In this document: positions 44,916 to 53,865 of the stretch, piece by piece
Position numbering within the stretch: the stretch's first letter is position 1
Layout: each line of letters opens with the position of its first letter
Source: Candidatus Dojkabacteria bacterium
GTDB lineage: Bacteria; Patescibacteriota; Dojkabacteria; B142; OLB20
NCBI GenBank assembly: GCA_035444565.1
Contig: DAOMOX010000001.1
Location: 1-57,986 of the forward strand
DNA: 57,986 bases
Reading direction: 5' to 3'
Translations under genes and position numbers: made by a program
Notes under the pieces: generated by a model
What the model saw: only the letters and a program-made list of their open reading frames with translations
The model's database searches: none
What the model was told of the DNA's origin: nothing

Positions 44916-45056
44916 TTAGAGGTCAATAGAACTATCGTTATCGTCTGGTAGAGTAAATTCGGCGAATTCATTCTCAAAATCCACCTCATCCTCATCTGGA
45001 AATAGGGTTACTTCTTCATCTCCATCATAATCATCTTGATAATAATCGTCACTCAT
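44916..45056 (-). CDS. Very acidic small protein (46 aa), hypothetical
   Basis: MSDDYYQDDYDGDEEVTLFPDEDEVDFENEFAEFTLPDDNDSSIDL. The longer tracked ORF (to 45128) adds an AT-rich, non-coding-looking leader. Confidence 0.4.
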   Translation of the reverse strand: MSDDYYQDDYDGDEEVTLFPDEDEVDFENEFAEFTLPDDNDSSIDL

Positions 45057-45193
45057 TTTTGTTCTATAAGAAATAGGCAGTAATTTATTATAGATATGAA
45101 TATAAATATAGTTGAAACATAATGTCAATAGTTTTTGTTAATTTTACTGTGAAATTAATTCTCTGCTAATATATGTCTTTATAATTTGAGTAT

Positions 45194-45520
45194 ATGAAAA
45201 AATTATTAATCCTTTTTACTATTACTTTATTTGCGGTGGGATGTTCTAGTGAGAACTCTCAAACTGACAAACAAATAAAGTTCACTACTACAGAACTTTC
45301 TGAATATGATGGCAAATCAGGTAATGATTGTTATGTAGCAGTATCTGGTCGTGTTTATGAAATTAGTGATTCTGACAAATGGGTTGATGGTGACCACATC
45401 GATTCAGAAGGACAAGCAAGTTGTGGAAAAGATTTGACAGAGGCGATGGATGAATCTCCTCACGGAATCTCAATATTAACGACTTCTCCTAAAGTCAAAA
45501 TGATTGGAACTATAGAATGA
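45194..45520 (+). CDS. Lipoprotein with a cytochrome b5-like heme/steroid-binding domain
   Basis: Lipobox LFAVGC. ELSEYDGKSGNDCYVAVSGRVYEIS...W..G.H pattern. Confidence 0.7.
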   Translation: MKKLLILFTITLFAVGCSSENSQTDKQIKFTTTELSEYDGKSGNDCYVAVSGRVYEISDSDKWVDGDHIDSEGQASCGKDLTEAMDESPHGISILTTSPKVKMIGTIE

Positions 45521-46092
45521 ATACACATATCAAAAAAATCGAAAAACTGACAAACTATGCTGTATCCTATCCATGGTTAATTATTCTACTGCTAGTTATT
45601 TTTGTATCAGTGATTAGAAGATATTCAATTCAAAACATAGATATTTTATATACTGGGACACTTTTCATTCAAACTTTTGGTTCAGCATTTTATCTTAAGA
45701 AAAAACTAGACCTAGATAAAAAAGATCGAACAAATCGGACAATATTTTTACTAGCAATATTGTCTGGTTGGTTATTAATTTCGTTAATTTTCATTCGCCT
45801 AAACATAAGCTGGTTCATTATTGAACTATTGGTATTATCATTAAGTATCACAATCACACTTACTATAATTAATGTGTTTTATCGAATAAGTTTTCATACA
45901 GCACTAAATACATCTTTGATGATACTTTTAAATCACATAGCAGGTTGGATTTACTGGCCACTTTTTTTACTTGTCCCAATAATCGCTTGGACAAGACTAA
46001 TGCTTAAAAAACATACGCTTTTACAAGTAATTCTCGGGGCTTCTGTTCCTTTTGTTGTATATTTCATAGTGACATTCTTATTTTTAAATTAA
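45517..46092 (+). CDS. Hypothetical polytopic membrane protein
   Basis: 191 aa with about 6 hydrophobic segments. The start overlaps the previous stop (ATGA). Confidence 0.55.
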   Translation: MNTHIKKIEKLTNYAVSYPWLIILLLVIFVSVIRRYSIQNIDILYTGTLFIQTFGSAFYLKKKLDLDKKDRTNRTIFLLAILSGWLLISLIFIRLNISWFIIELLVLSLSITITLTIINVFYRISFHTALNTSLMILLNHIAGWIYWPLFLLVPIIAWTRLMLKKHTLLQVILGASVPFVVYFIVTFLFLN

Positions 46093-46116
46093 TTCTATTT
46101 ATTAACACAACTTCCA

Positions 46117-46416
46117 ATGTCAAAAGTACATTTTCCCGACAGACCAGAACCAACACCAAAGAACACATTAGTTTTTGGAGAGGACAATCCACACTATACT
46201 TTCATTTTCACCCACGATCGTGTTGCTGATTTGGATGAACCATCAAAAAGATACTTTGAAGAAGCTGTAGATCGCTTCGCATCACTTCTAGTTGAAAATA
46301 TTGAGAAATTGGACGTATACAAAACAATACATGATGACCATTTGATGGGGATTAAAAATACAATCAAGAGACTGAAACAGGCGAATATGGACGAGGATAT
46401 GATTAGTAAGATCTAA
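46117..46416 (+). CDS. Hypothetical protein (99 aa)
   Basis: Clean ORF. No family recognised. Confidence 0.5.
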   Translation: MSKVHFPDRPEPTPKNTLVFGEDNPHYTFIFTHDRVADLDEPSKRYFEEAVDRFASLLVENIEKLDVYKTIHDDHLMGIKNTIKRLKQANMDEDMISKI

Positions 46417-46423
46417 ATCAAGC

Positions 46424-46512
46424 GAATAGACTCCTGCCTTCGCAGGAGTGACAGTTAATTAATGGATTAACTGTCCTTACATTGTCACTCCTGCGAAGGC
46501 AGGAGTCTATTC
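46424..46512. repeat. Perfect 30-bp inverted repeat (each arm itself a hairpin) around a third hairpin; REP/MITE-like or terminator
   Basis: Arm gaatagactcctgccttcgcaggagtgaca (46424-46453) and its exact reverse complement (46483-46512). Inner hairpin cagttaat-taatgg-attaactg (46452-46473). The arm core actcctgc-cttc-gcaggagt also occurs at 4291-4310. Confidence 0.85.
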
Positions 46513-46524
46513 TTATCCAACAAA

Positions 46525-46854
46525 ATGAAAACCAATTCAGAATTTCGCAAAAACGTCCTAAATATTGTTTCATCAATCCCAAAAGGAACAGTAACTAATT
46601 ATGGAACTGTTGCGACACTAGCTGGGAGCCCAAATGCCGCCAGAGTCGTTGGGGGAATACTTCGCTCACTTACGATTGAAGAAAATGATATACCCTGGTG
46701 GCGGGTGATAAGTAAATCAGGTCGAATTTCAATTAATCAAAATATCGGTGGAATTGATAAAGTGGTCCAGAAAGAGAAACTCGAGAGTGAAGGGATTGAA
46801 GTAAGTATGAATTACAAGATTAATATGAGAAAATACAGCTGGATAATATCTTAG
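46525..46854 (+). CDS. Alkyltransferase-like (ATL) protein: MGMT-fold DNA-binding domain without the acceptor Cys
   Basis: IPKGTVTNYGTVA..AARVVGG..IPWWRVI. The canonical PCHRV site reads PWWRV, as in the PWHRV of E. coli YbaZ-type ATLs. Confidence 0.8.
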   Translation: MKTNSEFRKNVLNIVSSIPKGTVTNYGTVATLAGSPNAARVVGGILRSLTIEENDIPWWRVISKSGRISINQNIGGIDKVVQKEKLESEGIEVSMNYKINMRKYSWIIS

Positions 46855-46864
46855 ACAACTATTG

Positions 46865-47338
46865 ATGTCACTTGCACCCTCAGCTCCAATAATTTACACA
46901 AATAAATTGCTTTCACTTTTTCGACCGATACCTAGATTTGCCGCTATCTTTTTTTCAGTTTACCTCCTTCCAATTTTATTATTTGTGATAGTTCTTCTTG
47001 TTCAACAAAACAACCAACCGCAAGAAGATGGAATTGCAACTTTAATCTATCTGGCTTCATTTTATTTAATAATTCTTCTCTACGCTCTTATAACCTTGCT
47101 TATTGGAGCCCTATCCGTCTCCGGAGCAATCGAAATGATTCTATTCTTGGTGATGTCACTTTTATTTGGAGTATCTTATGCGATTGTTTTAAACAATTTA
47201 AAGCTAATTTTTAATAGAACTACAACAACAGTTAAACAAAAAAGCGTATATCTAAAAACTGCATCCGGTCTTGCATTAATTGGAATTGTTACAGGAGTAA
47301 TAATGCTTTCCACTGAAATTTTTAATAAGGTTTTCTAA
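46865..47338 (+). CDS. Hypothetical membrane protein (4 TM)
   Basis: Hydrophobic ORF. ATG 46865 is preferred over TTG 46862. Confidence 0.5.
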   Translation: MSLAPSAPIIYTNKLLSLFRPIPRFAAIFFSVYLLPILLFVIVLLVQQNNQPQEDGIATLIYLASFYLIILLYALITLLIGALSVSGAIEMILFLVMSLLFGVSYAIVLNNLKLIFNRTTTTVKQKSVYLKTASGLALIGIVTGVIMLSTEIFNKVF

Positions 47339-47339
47339 T

Positions 47340-48248
47340 ATGAACTGGTTGTTTTTTGCACTATCTTCTCAATTCCTTTACGCAGTAGTCAATCATCTTG
47401 ATAAATATCTACTTGGCAAATTTTTCAAAGGAGGTGTCGGAGCAATGATGATTTTCACCTCGATGGTGAATGCAATATTTTTACCAATTATTCTACTCTT
47501 CAATCCACAAATTTTATCAACACCATTCAATCAAGCCTTGTTAGTGACAAGTATTGGTGCATTCTATGTAATTGGAGCACTGCTATATTTGTATGCATTA
47601 CGTATTGAAGAAACCACCAAAATAAGCGTACTTTGGCAGTTATCTGCACCAACAACATATTTTTTGGGAATCATTTTTCTTGGAGAAATCCTAAACTTTC
47701 AACAAACATTAGGGGCAATAATAGTATTGACTGGTGGTTTATTAACTATGATGCATATTGAGAATGGAAAGTTCAGAGTCAAAAAGAAGGTACTTACCTT
47801 GATGTTTGGTGCTGTCATACTCTTCTCGTCATCTTCGTTAATTTTTAAATTATTTGCGATAAATTTTGACTTCTGGTCTGCTGTTTTCTTTGAAATTTTT
47901 GGTGCAATGCTTACCGGTATAGTATTAATACTCGCTGTTCCGAATTATAGAAAACAATTTGTATCTGCAATAAAAAAGGATCCAAGAAAAGTATTCTCAT
48001 ATAATCTACCAAACGAATACATGCAGATGTCAGCAACGATTCTTTTCCGATATGCAACAATGATAGCTCCATTAGCCCTAGTTCAAGTAACAAATAGCAT
48101 AAACGCTATTTTTGTCTTTCTTATTGCTGTATTCATAGCGAAATTTCTTCCCAAAGTAAGTGAAGAGAAATTCAGCAAAGTTGATGTATTCCAAAAAGTT
48201 TTAGGTATAATTGTTGTTGCAACAGGAATAATTTTAATCGAGCTATAA
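47340..48248 (+). CDS. EamA/DMT-superfamily transporter
   Basis: 302 aa, 10-TM pattern with two EamA-like halves. Confidence 0.75.
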   Translation: MNWLFFALSSQFLYAVVNHLDKYLLGKFFKGGVGAMMIFTSMVNAIFLPIILLFNPQILSTPFNQALLVTSIGAFYVIGALLYLYALRIEETTKISVLWQLSAPTTYFLGIIFLGEILNFQQTLGAIIVLTGGLLTMMHIENGKFRVKKKVLTLMFGAVILFSSSSLIFKLFAINFDFWSAVFFEIFGAMLTGIVLILAVPNYRKQFVSAIKKDPRKVFSYNLPNEYMQMSATILFRYATMIAPLALVQVTNSINAIFVFLIAVFIAKFLPKVSEEKFSKVDVFQKVLGIIVVATGIILIEL

Positions 48249-48249
48249 T

Positions 48250-48765
48250 ATGGCAATAGAAATCCGCAAACCAAAAGTAGAAGAATGGGAACAATTTAAA
48301 GAATTACGACTCAAAAGTCTTCACGAATACCCTTTGGCATTCGCATCAAGCTATGATGAACAGCTTGATAAATCAAATGAGGAATGGAAGTCTTATATTT
48401 TAGCCTCTGAGACAGAAAAAGACTCGGTTATGTTTTGTGCTTACGAAGATGGTCAGATGATTGGTTGTGTGTCAGGAATCTGGAACAATAGAAAGAAAGT
48501 CTCACATATTGTTTCTATTGTAGGCATGTTCGTTTTTTCAGACAAACAAAACAAAGGTGTAGGATACAAATTAGTTACCACACTTCTTGATTACTTACAT
48601 AAAAAAGAACGATTCCACAAGGCTAAACTTTCGGTGGTGTCTTCTAATCTCCCAGCACACAACTTATATAAGAAAGTGGGATTTGTTGACGCTGGAGTAC
48701 TCCACGCCGAATTATTTATTGATGGCAAATATCACGATTTTATAGAGATGGAACGCTTTTTCTAA
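48250..48765 (+). CDS. GNAT-family N-acetyltransferase
   Basis: QNKGVGYKLV (acetyl-CoA P-loop-like motif) and NLPAHNLYKKVGF. Confidence 0.85.
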   Translation: MAIEIRKPKVEEWEQFKELRLKSLHEYPLAFASSYDEQLDKSNEEWKSYILASETEKDSVMFCAYEDGQMIGCVSGIWNNRKKVSHIVSIVGMFVFSDKQNKGVGYKLVTTLLDYLHKKERFHKAKLSVVSSNLPAHNLYKKVGFVDAGVLHAELFIDGKYHDFIEMERFF

Positions 48766-48787
48766 CAACTCCATTTCACTTAGTAGT

Positions 48788-49906
48788 TTAATAAACTCTA
48801 AAGAAACACTGGAATTTAAAGTCATCTTGATTAGTGTCTGTATAGCATTCAAAAATATCGTAAATTTGAACTCTATAACTCCTTAGTATCAGGGAATCTT
48901 CCCAAATAATAAATTCTTTACATGAAGGCAATTCTTCATCCTTACTACAACTCATGGAATCTAATACCCGACTCTCTTTATCGTAGTTACAACCCTGTGT
49001 ATTTGGATCATTATCAACATCCCAACATTCAGACACAGTCATTTCTGAGATTTTTCCGAATTTTTGTAAATCTGTGGAGGTGTAAGTATTCAAATCAAAA
49101 CTTCCATCACCTAGTTGAACATCAATTTCTCTTGCTATGTTTTCAGCAGAATGTATTGTGTCATAATACCAAATAGTAGCTACAGCACTTACCATCTTGT
49201 CATTAAATAAAATTACGGGAAGAAAGATTAAGAATGCTAACAGAATTACTAATACGTAAGTTAATGCATTACCCAAAATATGTTTAAACTTACTTACAAA
49301 AAATATTGATGTTTTATAATAAACAGACGCCATTACGAACAGTGTTGATATACTAACAAAAGCATAGATTAAAGACTTCTCAGAAAATTCCCAGAAGTAT
49401 ATACTATTGATTGAAAATAGTAATATGAGAAAAAACGCTATTGATAAGGATAATAGTCTTTGTTTTTCATATTTCCATTTTTGTAAAATTCTTGTTAAAG
49501 AGAAACTCAATACAACAAGTAAAACCACAATACATATCCAAAAACCTCCTAGCCACAAATTCCCCATTACATCTGAAGTGTATCGAAAGAAAATCGAGTA
49601 AACCCAACTCACTATTGTATTGTATAGAGTAAACAATACAACATAAGGAATTACTAGAAGTGCGATTATTAAAGAAACAAGTGACCAAGTACTTCTCAAT
49701 TTTAGTAAATCGAGAGTTGAAATTTTTTTGGACTTCATAATTTGGTTAATTAATAAATTAATATTCCCTAATTGTTTTAATTCGAACTTCGAGTCATATT
49801 GTGATTGATAAAGATGGGACTCGAACTCTGCCACAATTTCTTTACTGTATTCATCAGGTAGACATAGCTTATTATTTAGGGAATCAAGCCATTCTTCTTT
49901 GTTCAT
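48788..49906 (-). CDS. Membrane protein with a DUF1700/HAAS-like N-terminus, partner of PadR
   Basis: N-terminus MNKEEWLDSLNNKL..DEYSKEIVAEFESHL, six TM segments, and a Cys-rich C-terminal extracytoplasmic domain. 4-nt overlap with padR. Confidence 0.6.
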   Translation of the reverse strand: MNKEEWLDSLNNKLCLPDEYSKEIVAEFESHLYQSQYDSKFELKQLGNINLLINQIMKSKKISTLDLLKLRSTWSLVSLIIALLVIPYVVLFTLYNTIVSWVYSIFFRYTSDVMGNLWLGGFWICIVVLLVVLSFSLTRILQKWKYEKQRLLSLSIAFFLILLFSINSIYFWEFSEKSLIYAFVSISTLFVMASVYYKTSIFFVSKFKHILGNALTYVLVILLAFLIFLPVILFNDKMVSAVATIWYYDTIHSAENIAREIDVQLGDGSFDLNTYTSTDLQKFGKISEMTVSECWDVDNDPNTQGCNYDKESRVLDSMSCSKDEELPSCKEFIIWEDSLILRSYRVQIYDIFECYTDTNQDDFKFQCFFRVY

Positions 49907-50238
49907 AGCGCCACACTAAATTTAAAATTCTCTTGCAACATTTTTATAAACTCTCTCCATTCCTCTTTATGTTCTTTTAGATATGATTTACCTTCTTTTG
50001 TGATGTGATAGTATTTTCTTTTAGGAGCATAGTCTTCATTCCAGTATGATTTAATCAATTTCTTATTTTCTAATTTATACATAGCAGGGTAAAGAGTTCC
50101 ATCGCCAGCTTTTAACAAATCATTCGAACGCTTTCTGATTTCTTGGGCGAGATTGTATCCATATTCGTCACCATCAGAGAGAATCTCAAGGATTACTAAT
50201 GGAAGTGAACCTTTTATTATTTCTTTGGATAATTTCAT
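49903..50238 (-). CDS. PadR-family transcriptional regulator
   Basis: LVILEILSDGDEYGYNLAQEI...GTLYPAMYKLENKKLI. Confidence 0.88.
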   Translation of the reverse strand: MKLSKEIIKGSLPLVILEILSDGDEYGYNLAQEIRKRSNDLLKAGDGTLYPAMYKLENKKLIKSYWNEDYAPKRKYYHITKEGKSYLKEHKEEWREFIKMLQENFKFSVAL

Positions 50239-50367
50239 TTTGACTATATCGCTATACGAGGTATCTTATAACGAGCTAAGTTAAATGTCAATATAGTAAA
50301 ATGAAAAATTTTAAAAATATTATTAGGAATACACAAAAAAGAGAGATGGAGAGGTTTTTTTAAATAT

Positions 50368-50766
50368 TTATGATTCTATTATTTGAAGCATATAAGGAAC
50401 AACATTATCCAGAGTATATTCACCGTGGAGGACAGTCAACCTAGGATTCATATATACGAACAATTCACCTAATTTTCTATTGGGAAAACTCTCTAGATTG
50501 TACATTAAAGTTGACCGAGGGCAATATCTTGGCACTATCAGTTTGTTACGACCTCTTAATGGTCGGATTGGTTGGTTCGCTCCTAAACAAAACATTTCTT
50601 CATTTATTGCTAAATATCCTATCGGATTTGAGTAAAATTTAAGTTCAAAAAACATTTTCTCATGTCTTTGTATTTTATTTTTAAAATCTATGCTGTACAT
50701 ACCAATGGGCACTTCACCAGCATAATAATCATTTGGAATTTCTTGCCCTATACCATTTTCAGGCAT
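50368..50766 (-). CDS. Hypothetical protein (132 aa), translationally coupled to the metal ABC permease
   Basis: The start overlaps the permease stop by 8 nt. No family recognised. Confidence 0.5.
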   Translation of the reverse strand: MPENGIGQEIPNDYYAGEVPIGMYSIDFKNKIQRHEKMFFELKFYSNPIGYLAINEEMFCLGANQPIRPLRGRNKLIVPRYCPRSTLMYNLESFPNRKLGELFVYMNPRLTVLHGEYTLDNVVPYMLQIIES

Positions 50767-51574
50767 AACTTCTCTTGAATAAGACAGAACTAACGAAGAA
50801 GAGAAGTAGCATTAAGACTATCACCGCACTACTTGGAAGATCCAGATAGAAAGAGAAAGTGATTCCCGCTATCACACTTGTTAGAGAGAAAATTATCGAA
50901 TATAACAGAGTTTTATTCATCCCGTAACCTAATTGCATTGCGCTTGCAACTGGAATTATCATTAGAGCCCCCATTAATAAAGCACCAATTGCTTTTATTG
51001 CAAGCGAAATCGTCACTCCGACTAATAACATAAATAGGGCGTTGTACAATTTTGTGTTCATTCCGTTAATCACTGCCAAATCTTCATCATAAGAAATCAA
51101 GAAAAGCTTTTTACGAAGAAGAAAAACAGTAATCAAAACGATAATTCCAAGAATTACAAACAATAGAATTTCACTTTGAGTGATGGTCGTAATGCTTCCG
51201 AACAAGTAATTAAGCATATTCACACCAATTCCATTACCCAGACTGAAAAGTATCAAAGTTAACGCAAGTCCACCAGACATAAAAATAGCCATAACAGTAT
51301 CAGAGAAAATATTTTTCAGACTTCGCAATCTATCCATCGCAATTCCAGCGCCAACTGACACTAACATCGCTCCAAACAAAGGATTGAATTGGAATAATAA
51401 ACTACCAGCCACACCAACTAGTGATATATGTGCAAGAGTATCTACCATCAATGAGAATTTTCTTATCACCAAAAAGAATCCCATCAATGGAGCGATTAAA
51501 CTGACAATGATGCCTGCTAAAAAAGCTCTTACCATGAAATCGTATTGTAGGATTTCGAAAATATCAGCGATCAT
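50759..51574 (-). CDS. Metal ABC transporter permease (ZnuB/TroCD-type)
   Basis: ABC-3 family pattern with 8-9 TM segments. ATG 51574 is preferred over the tracked 51613. Confidence 0.85.
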   Translation of the reverse strand: MIADIFEILQYDFMVRAFLAGIIVSLIAPLMGFFLVIRKFSLMVDTLAHISLVGVAGSLLFQFNPLFGAMLVSVGAGIAMDRLRSLKNIFSDTVMAIFMSGGLALTLILFSLGNGIGVNMLNYLFGSITTITQSEILLFVILGIIVLITVFLLRKKLFLISYDEDLAVINGMNTKLYNALFMLLVGVTISLAIKAIGALLMGALMIIPVASAMQLGYGMNKTLLYSIIFSLTSVIAGITFSFYLDLPSSAVIVLMLLLFFVSSVLFKRSYA

Positions 51575-52319
51575 GATGGATATGTGTAAATTTTTGTCCG
51601 TAAATATTATCAACTAATTCTTTTTCGTTCACCTTTACTGCTTGTCCCGTATAAACAATCTTCTTATTTAAAGCAATGATTTGCTTCGCTTGTGCAGAGA
51701 TAATATCAATGTCATGAGACACGAAGATGATGGTTAATCCTTTTTCGATGTTCAATTTTCGCAGAAACTTATAAAATTCATCTTGCGAAGATAAATCAAC
51801 TCCGACGAATGGTTCATCTAATATCAAAATTTGCGGGTGAGATGCCAACGCTCTTGCTACAAATGCTTTTTGTCTCTGTCCACCAGACAACTCCCCTATT
51901 AGTTTATTTTCCATACCTTTCAACCCCGCTAATTTTATGGCATCATTTATGACTTCGTTTCGATTCTTTTGTAATTTGAAGATTTCCTCCTTTGCCACCA
52001 AGCCACTTTCGACAATATCAAAGACGGTTGCAGGCAAATCTTGATAATCTTGGCTTATTCTCTGTGGTACATAACCAATCCTACAATCATCAGAACATCT
52101 TGGATTTACTCCACCTGCAAATTCAACTCGACCCGAATCTGGCTTTAGTAAACCAAGAATAATCTTTAATAATGTGGATTTACCTCCACCATTTGGGCCT
52201 ATTAACCCAAGATATGCCCCTCTCTCTATATCAATATTTATGTCGTCTAGAACTTTATTTGAATTGTATGAAAATGATAAGTTCTTAATACTGATAATCA
52301 CGTTATTTTTCATTCGCAA
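51564..52319 (-). CDS. Metal ABC transporter ATP-binding protein (ZnuC-type)
   Basis: Walker A GPNGGGKST, signature LSGGQRQ, Walker B ILILDEP. Confidence 0.92.
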   Translation of the reverse strand: MRMKNNVIISIKNLSFSYNSNKVLDDINIDIERGAYLGLIGPNGGGKSTLLKIILGLLKPDSGRVEFAGGVNPRCSDDCRIGYVPQRISQDYQDLPATVFDIVESGLVAKEEIFKLQKNRNEVINDAIKLAGLKGMENKLIGELSGGQRQKAFVARALASHPQILILDEPFVGVDLSSQDEFYKFLRKLNIEKGLTIIFVSHDIDIISAQAKQIIALNKKIVYTGQAVKVNEKELVDNIYGQKFTHIHHDR

Positions 52320-53188
52320 TTCATAGCTAATTTCAAATTATTCAAATTATTCTTCATTATTGATAAATAATTTTCACCTGTTTGTACATCCACATTTGAC
52401 AGACCTTCGATTGGGTCTAATACCAGCGTCTCCGTTCCCGTTTCCTGAGCAATTGTATTTGCCAAATTTGGGCTTACCAAAGTTTCGTAAAAGATGTATT
52501 TAATATTATATTCTTTAACTTTATCACTAATTTCTGCTAATTTCATTGCTGATGGTTCTTCTTCTGGAGTTATTCCAGAAATATTGATAATTTCGATGTC
52601 GTATCTATCACCTAAATACTCAAACGCATCATGTGATACCACAATCTTTCTTTGTGAACAATTTTCCAGTCCAACTCGAAAATCCTGATCAAGTTTATTT
52701 AACTCACCAATGTATTTTTGAGTATTTTCTAAATAAAATTCTTTGTTGTGTTCATCAATTTCTACAATTTTCTCAGAAATAGTTTTTACCAAATCAATCG
52801 CATAAACTGGATCAAGCCAGAAATGTGGGTCGTCTCCGAGTTCTGACGTAATATATTCACTTAAGTTAATCGAATTTATCTCTTTATTATCCTCAACAAG
52901 TTCCTCCGCCCAATGATCGAAGTCATTCCCGTTTACGATGAACAAGTCGGCACTTTGAATTTTTACGATATCTTGAGGACTTTGTTCGAAATCGTGAGGT
53001 TCAATACCATCTGAAGTGATATTGATTACTTTAAATTTATCTTTAGTTATTTGGGAAGTAAATTCTGCAGGTGGATAAAAAGTCGTAACAATAGTTAATT
53101 CATCATTATTATTATCACTCCGAGTCAAAATAACAACCACAACTAGGGCTATTATCAATAGTATTATTACAGGAATCAGCTTTTTCAT
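52310..53188 (-). CDS. Metal ABC transporter substrate-binding protein (ZnuA/TroA cluster-9)
   Basis: N-terminal anchor, then EPHDFE, DPHFWLDP, SHDAFEYL motifs. ATG 53188 is preferred. Confidence 0.88.
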   Translation of the reverse strand: MKKLIPVIILLIIALVVVVILTRSDNNNDELTIVTTFYPPAEFTSQITKDKFKVINITSDGIEPHDFEQSPQDIVKIQSADLFIVNGNDFDHWAEELVEDNKEINSINLSEYITSELGDDPHFWLDPVYAIDLVKTISEKIVEIDEHNKEFYLENTQKYIGELNKLDQDFRVGLENCSQRKIVVSHDAFEYLGDRYDIEIINISGITPEEEPSAMKLAEISDKVKEYNIKYIFYETLVSPNLANTIAQETGTETLVLDPIEGLSNVDVQTGENYLSIMKNNLNNLKLAMNCE

Positions 53189-53263
53189 AGATATTGTTAA
53201 ATTACCACACAATTATTGCAACTCTGTCGCATTTTGTCAAAGATTAACTATGGAAGCAAAACT

Positions 53264-53701
53264 TCAGAACAATCTCCTACTCCGAGTATCATCAGGCGCA
53301 GGTCTTTGGAGAAATCCAAAGTCTCTAAATTTATCGATTGGCGAAGGATAAGTATGATTTAATGAAAGTATTTGTAATTGACTCTGGTTTCCACTTCCAA
53401 TAATGTTACTTACTACACGACCAGAAATATACATGAGATAATATAAATTACAAGATTCCCTACTAGGAAGTTTCTGTATTTCTACATTGTGGTCATACCT
53501 ATAAATACCCTTTTCAAGTGATACACTTCTAGTATCTAAATTATATTGACTATCAGGATTAAATTCCCTTGTCATTGATATATCTATACCGTCGATTCTT
53601 TTATTGAAATCCACGGGTATTCCATATAAGAGAGCTTTGTTTAACACTGCTGTTAGCGTTGAGACTAATGTCCTTGGGACTTCAAATACTTCTGGGTTCA
53701 T
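53264..53701 (-). CDS. Hypothetical protein (145 aa)
   Basis: Clean ORF directly upstream of and co-directional with the metal importer. No family recognised. Confidence 0.5.
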   Translation of the reverse strand: MNPEVFEVPRTLVSTLTAVLNKALLYGIPVDFNKRIDGIDISMTREFNPDSQYNLDTRSVSLEKGIYRYDHNVEIQKLPSRESCNLYYLMYISGRVVSNIIGSGNQSQLQILSLNHTYPSPIDKFRDFGFLQRPAPDDTRSRRLF

Positions 53702-53865
53702 TTTGAAAAGTGTAATTTATATTTCCGAATTTATTAAATTCGATGTTCACTTGGATGATTAATAACTGGATTCTCTACTACATCATTTTGCATGAGAATA
53801 GTTAGTAATATATGAGGATAATATCACAACAACATCTAAACTCAAATGGAAAGTTATATCACTTT

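Noticed and set aside
3498-51566. Alternative genetic code (UGA recoded, as in some candidate phyla)
   Set aside because: Conserved genes are full length under the standard table, and TGA clearly functions as a stop (for example 3499-3501 ending the NDT-like gene and 51564-51566 ending the ABC ATPase). No in-frame TGA interruptions of conserved genes were seen.
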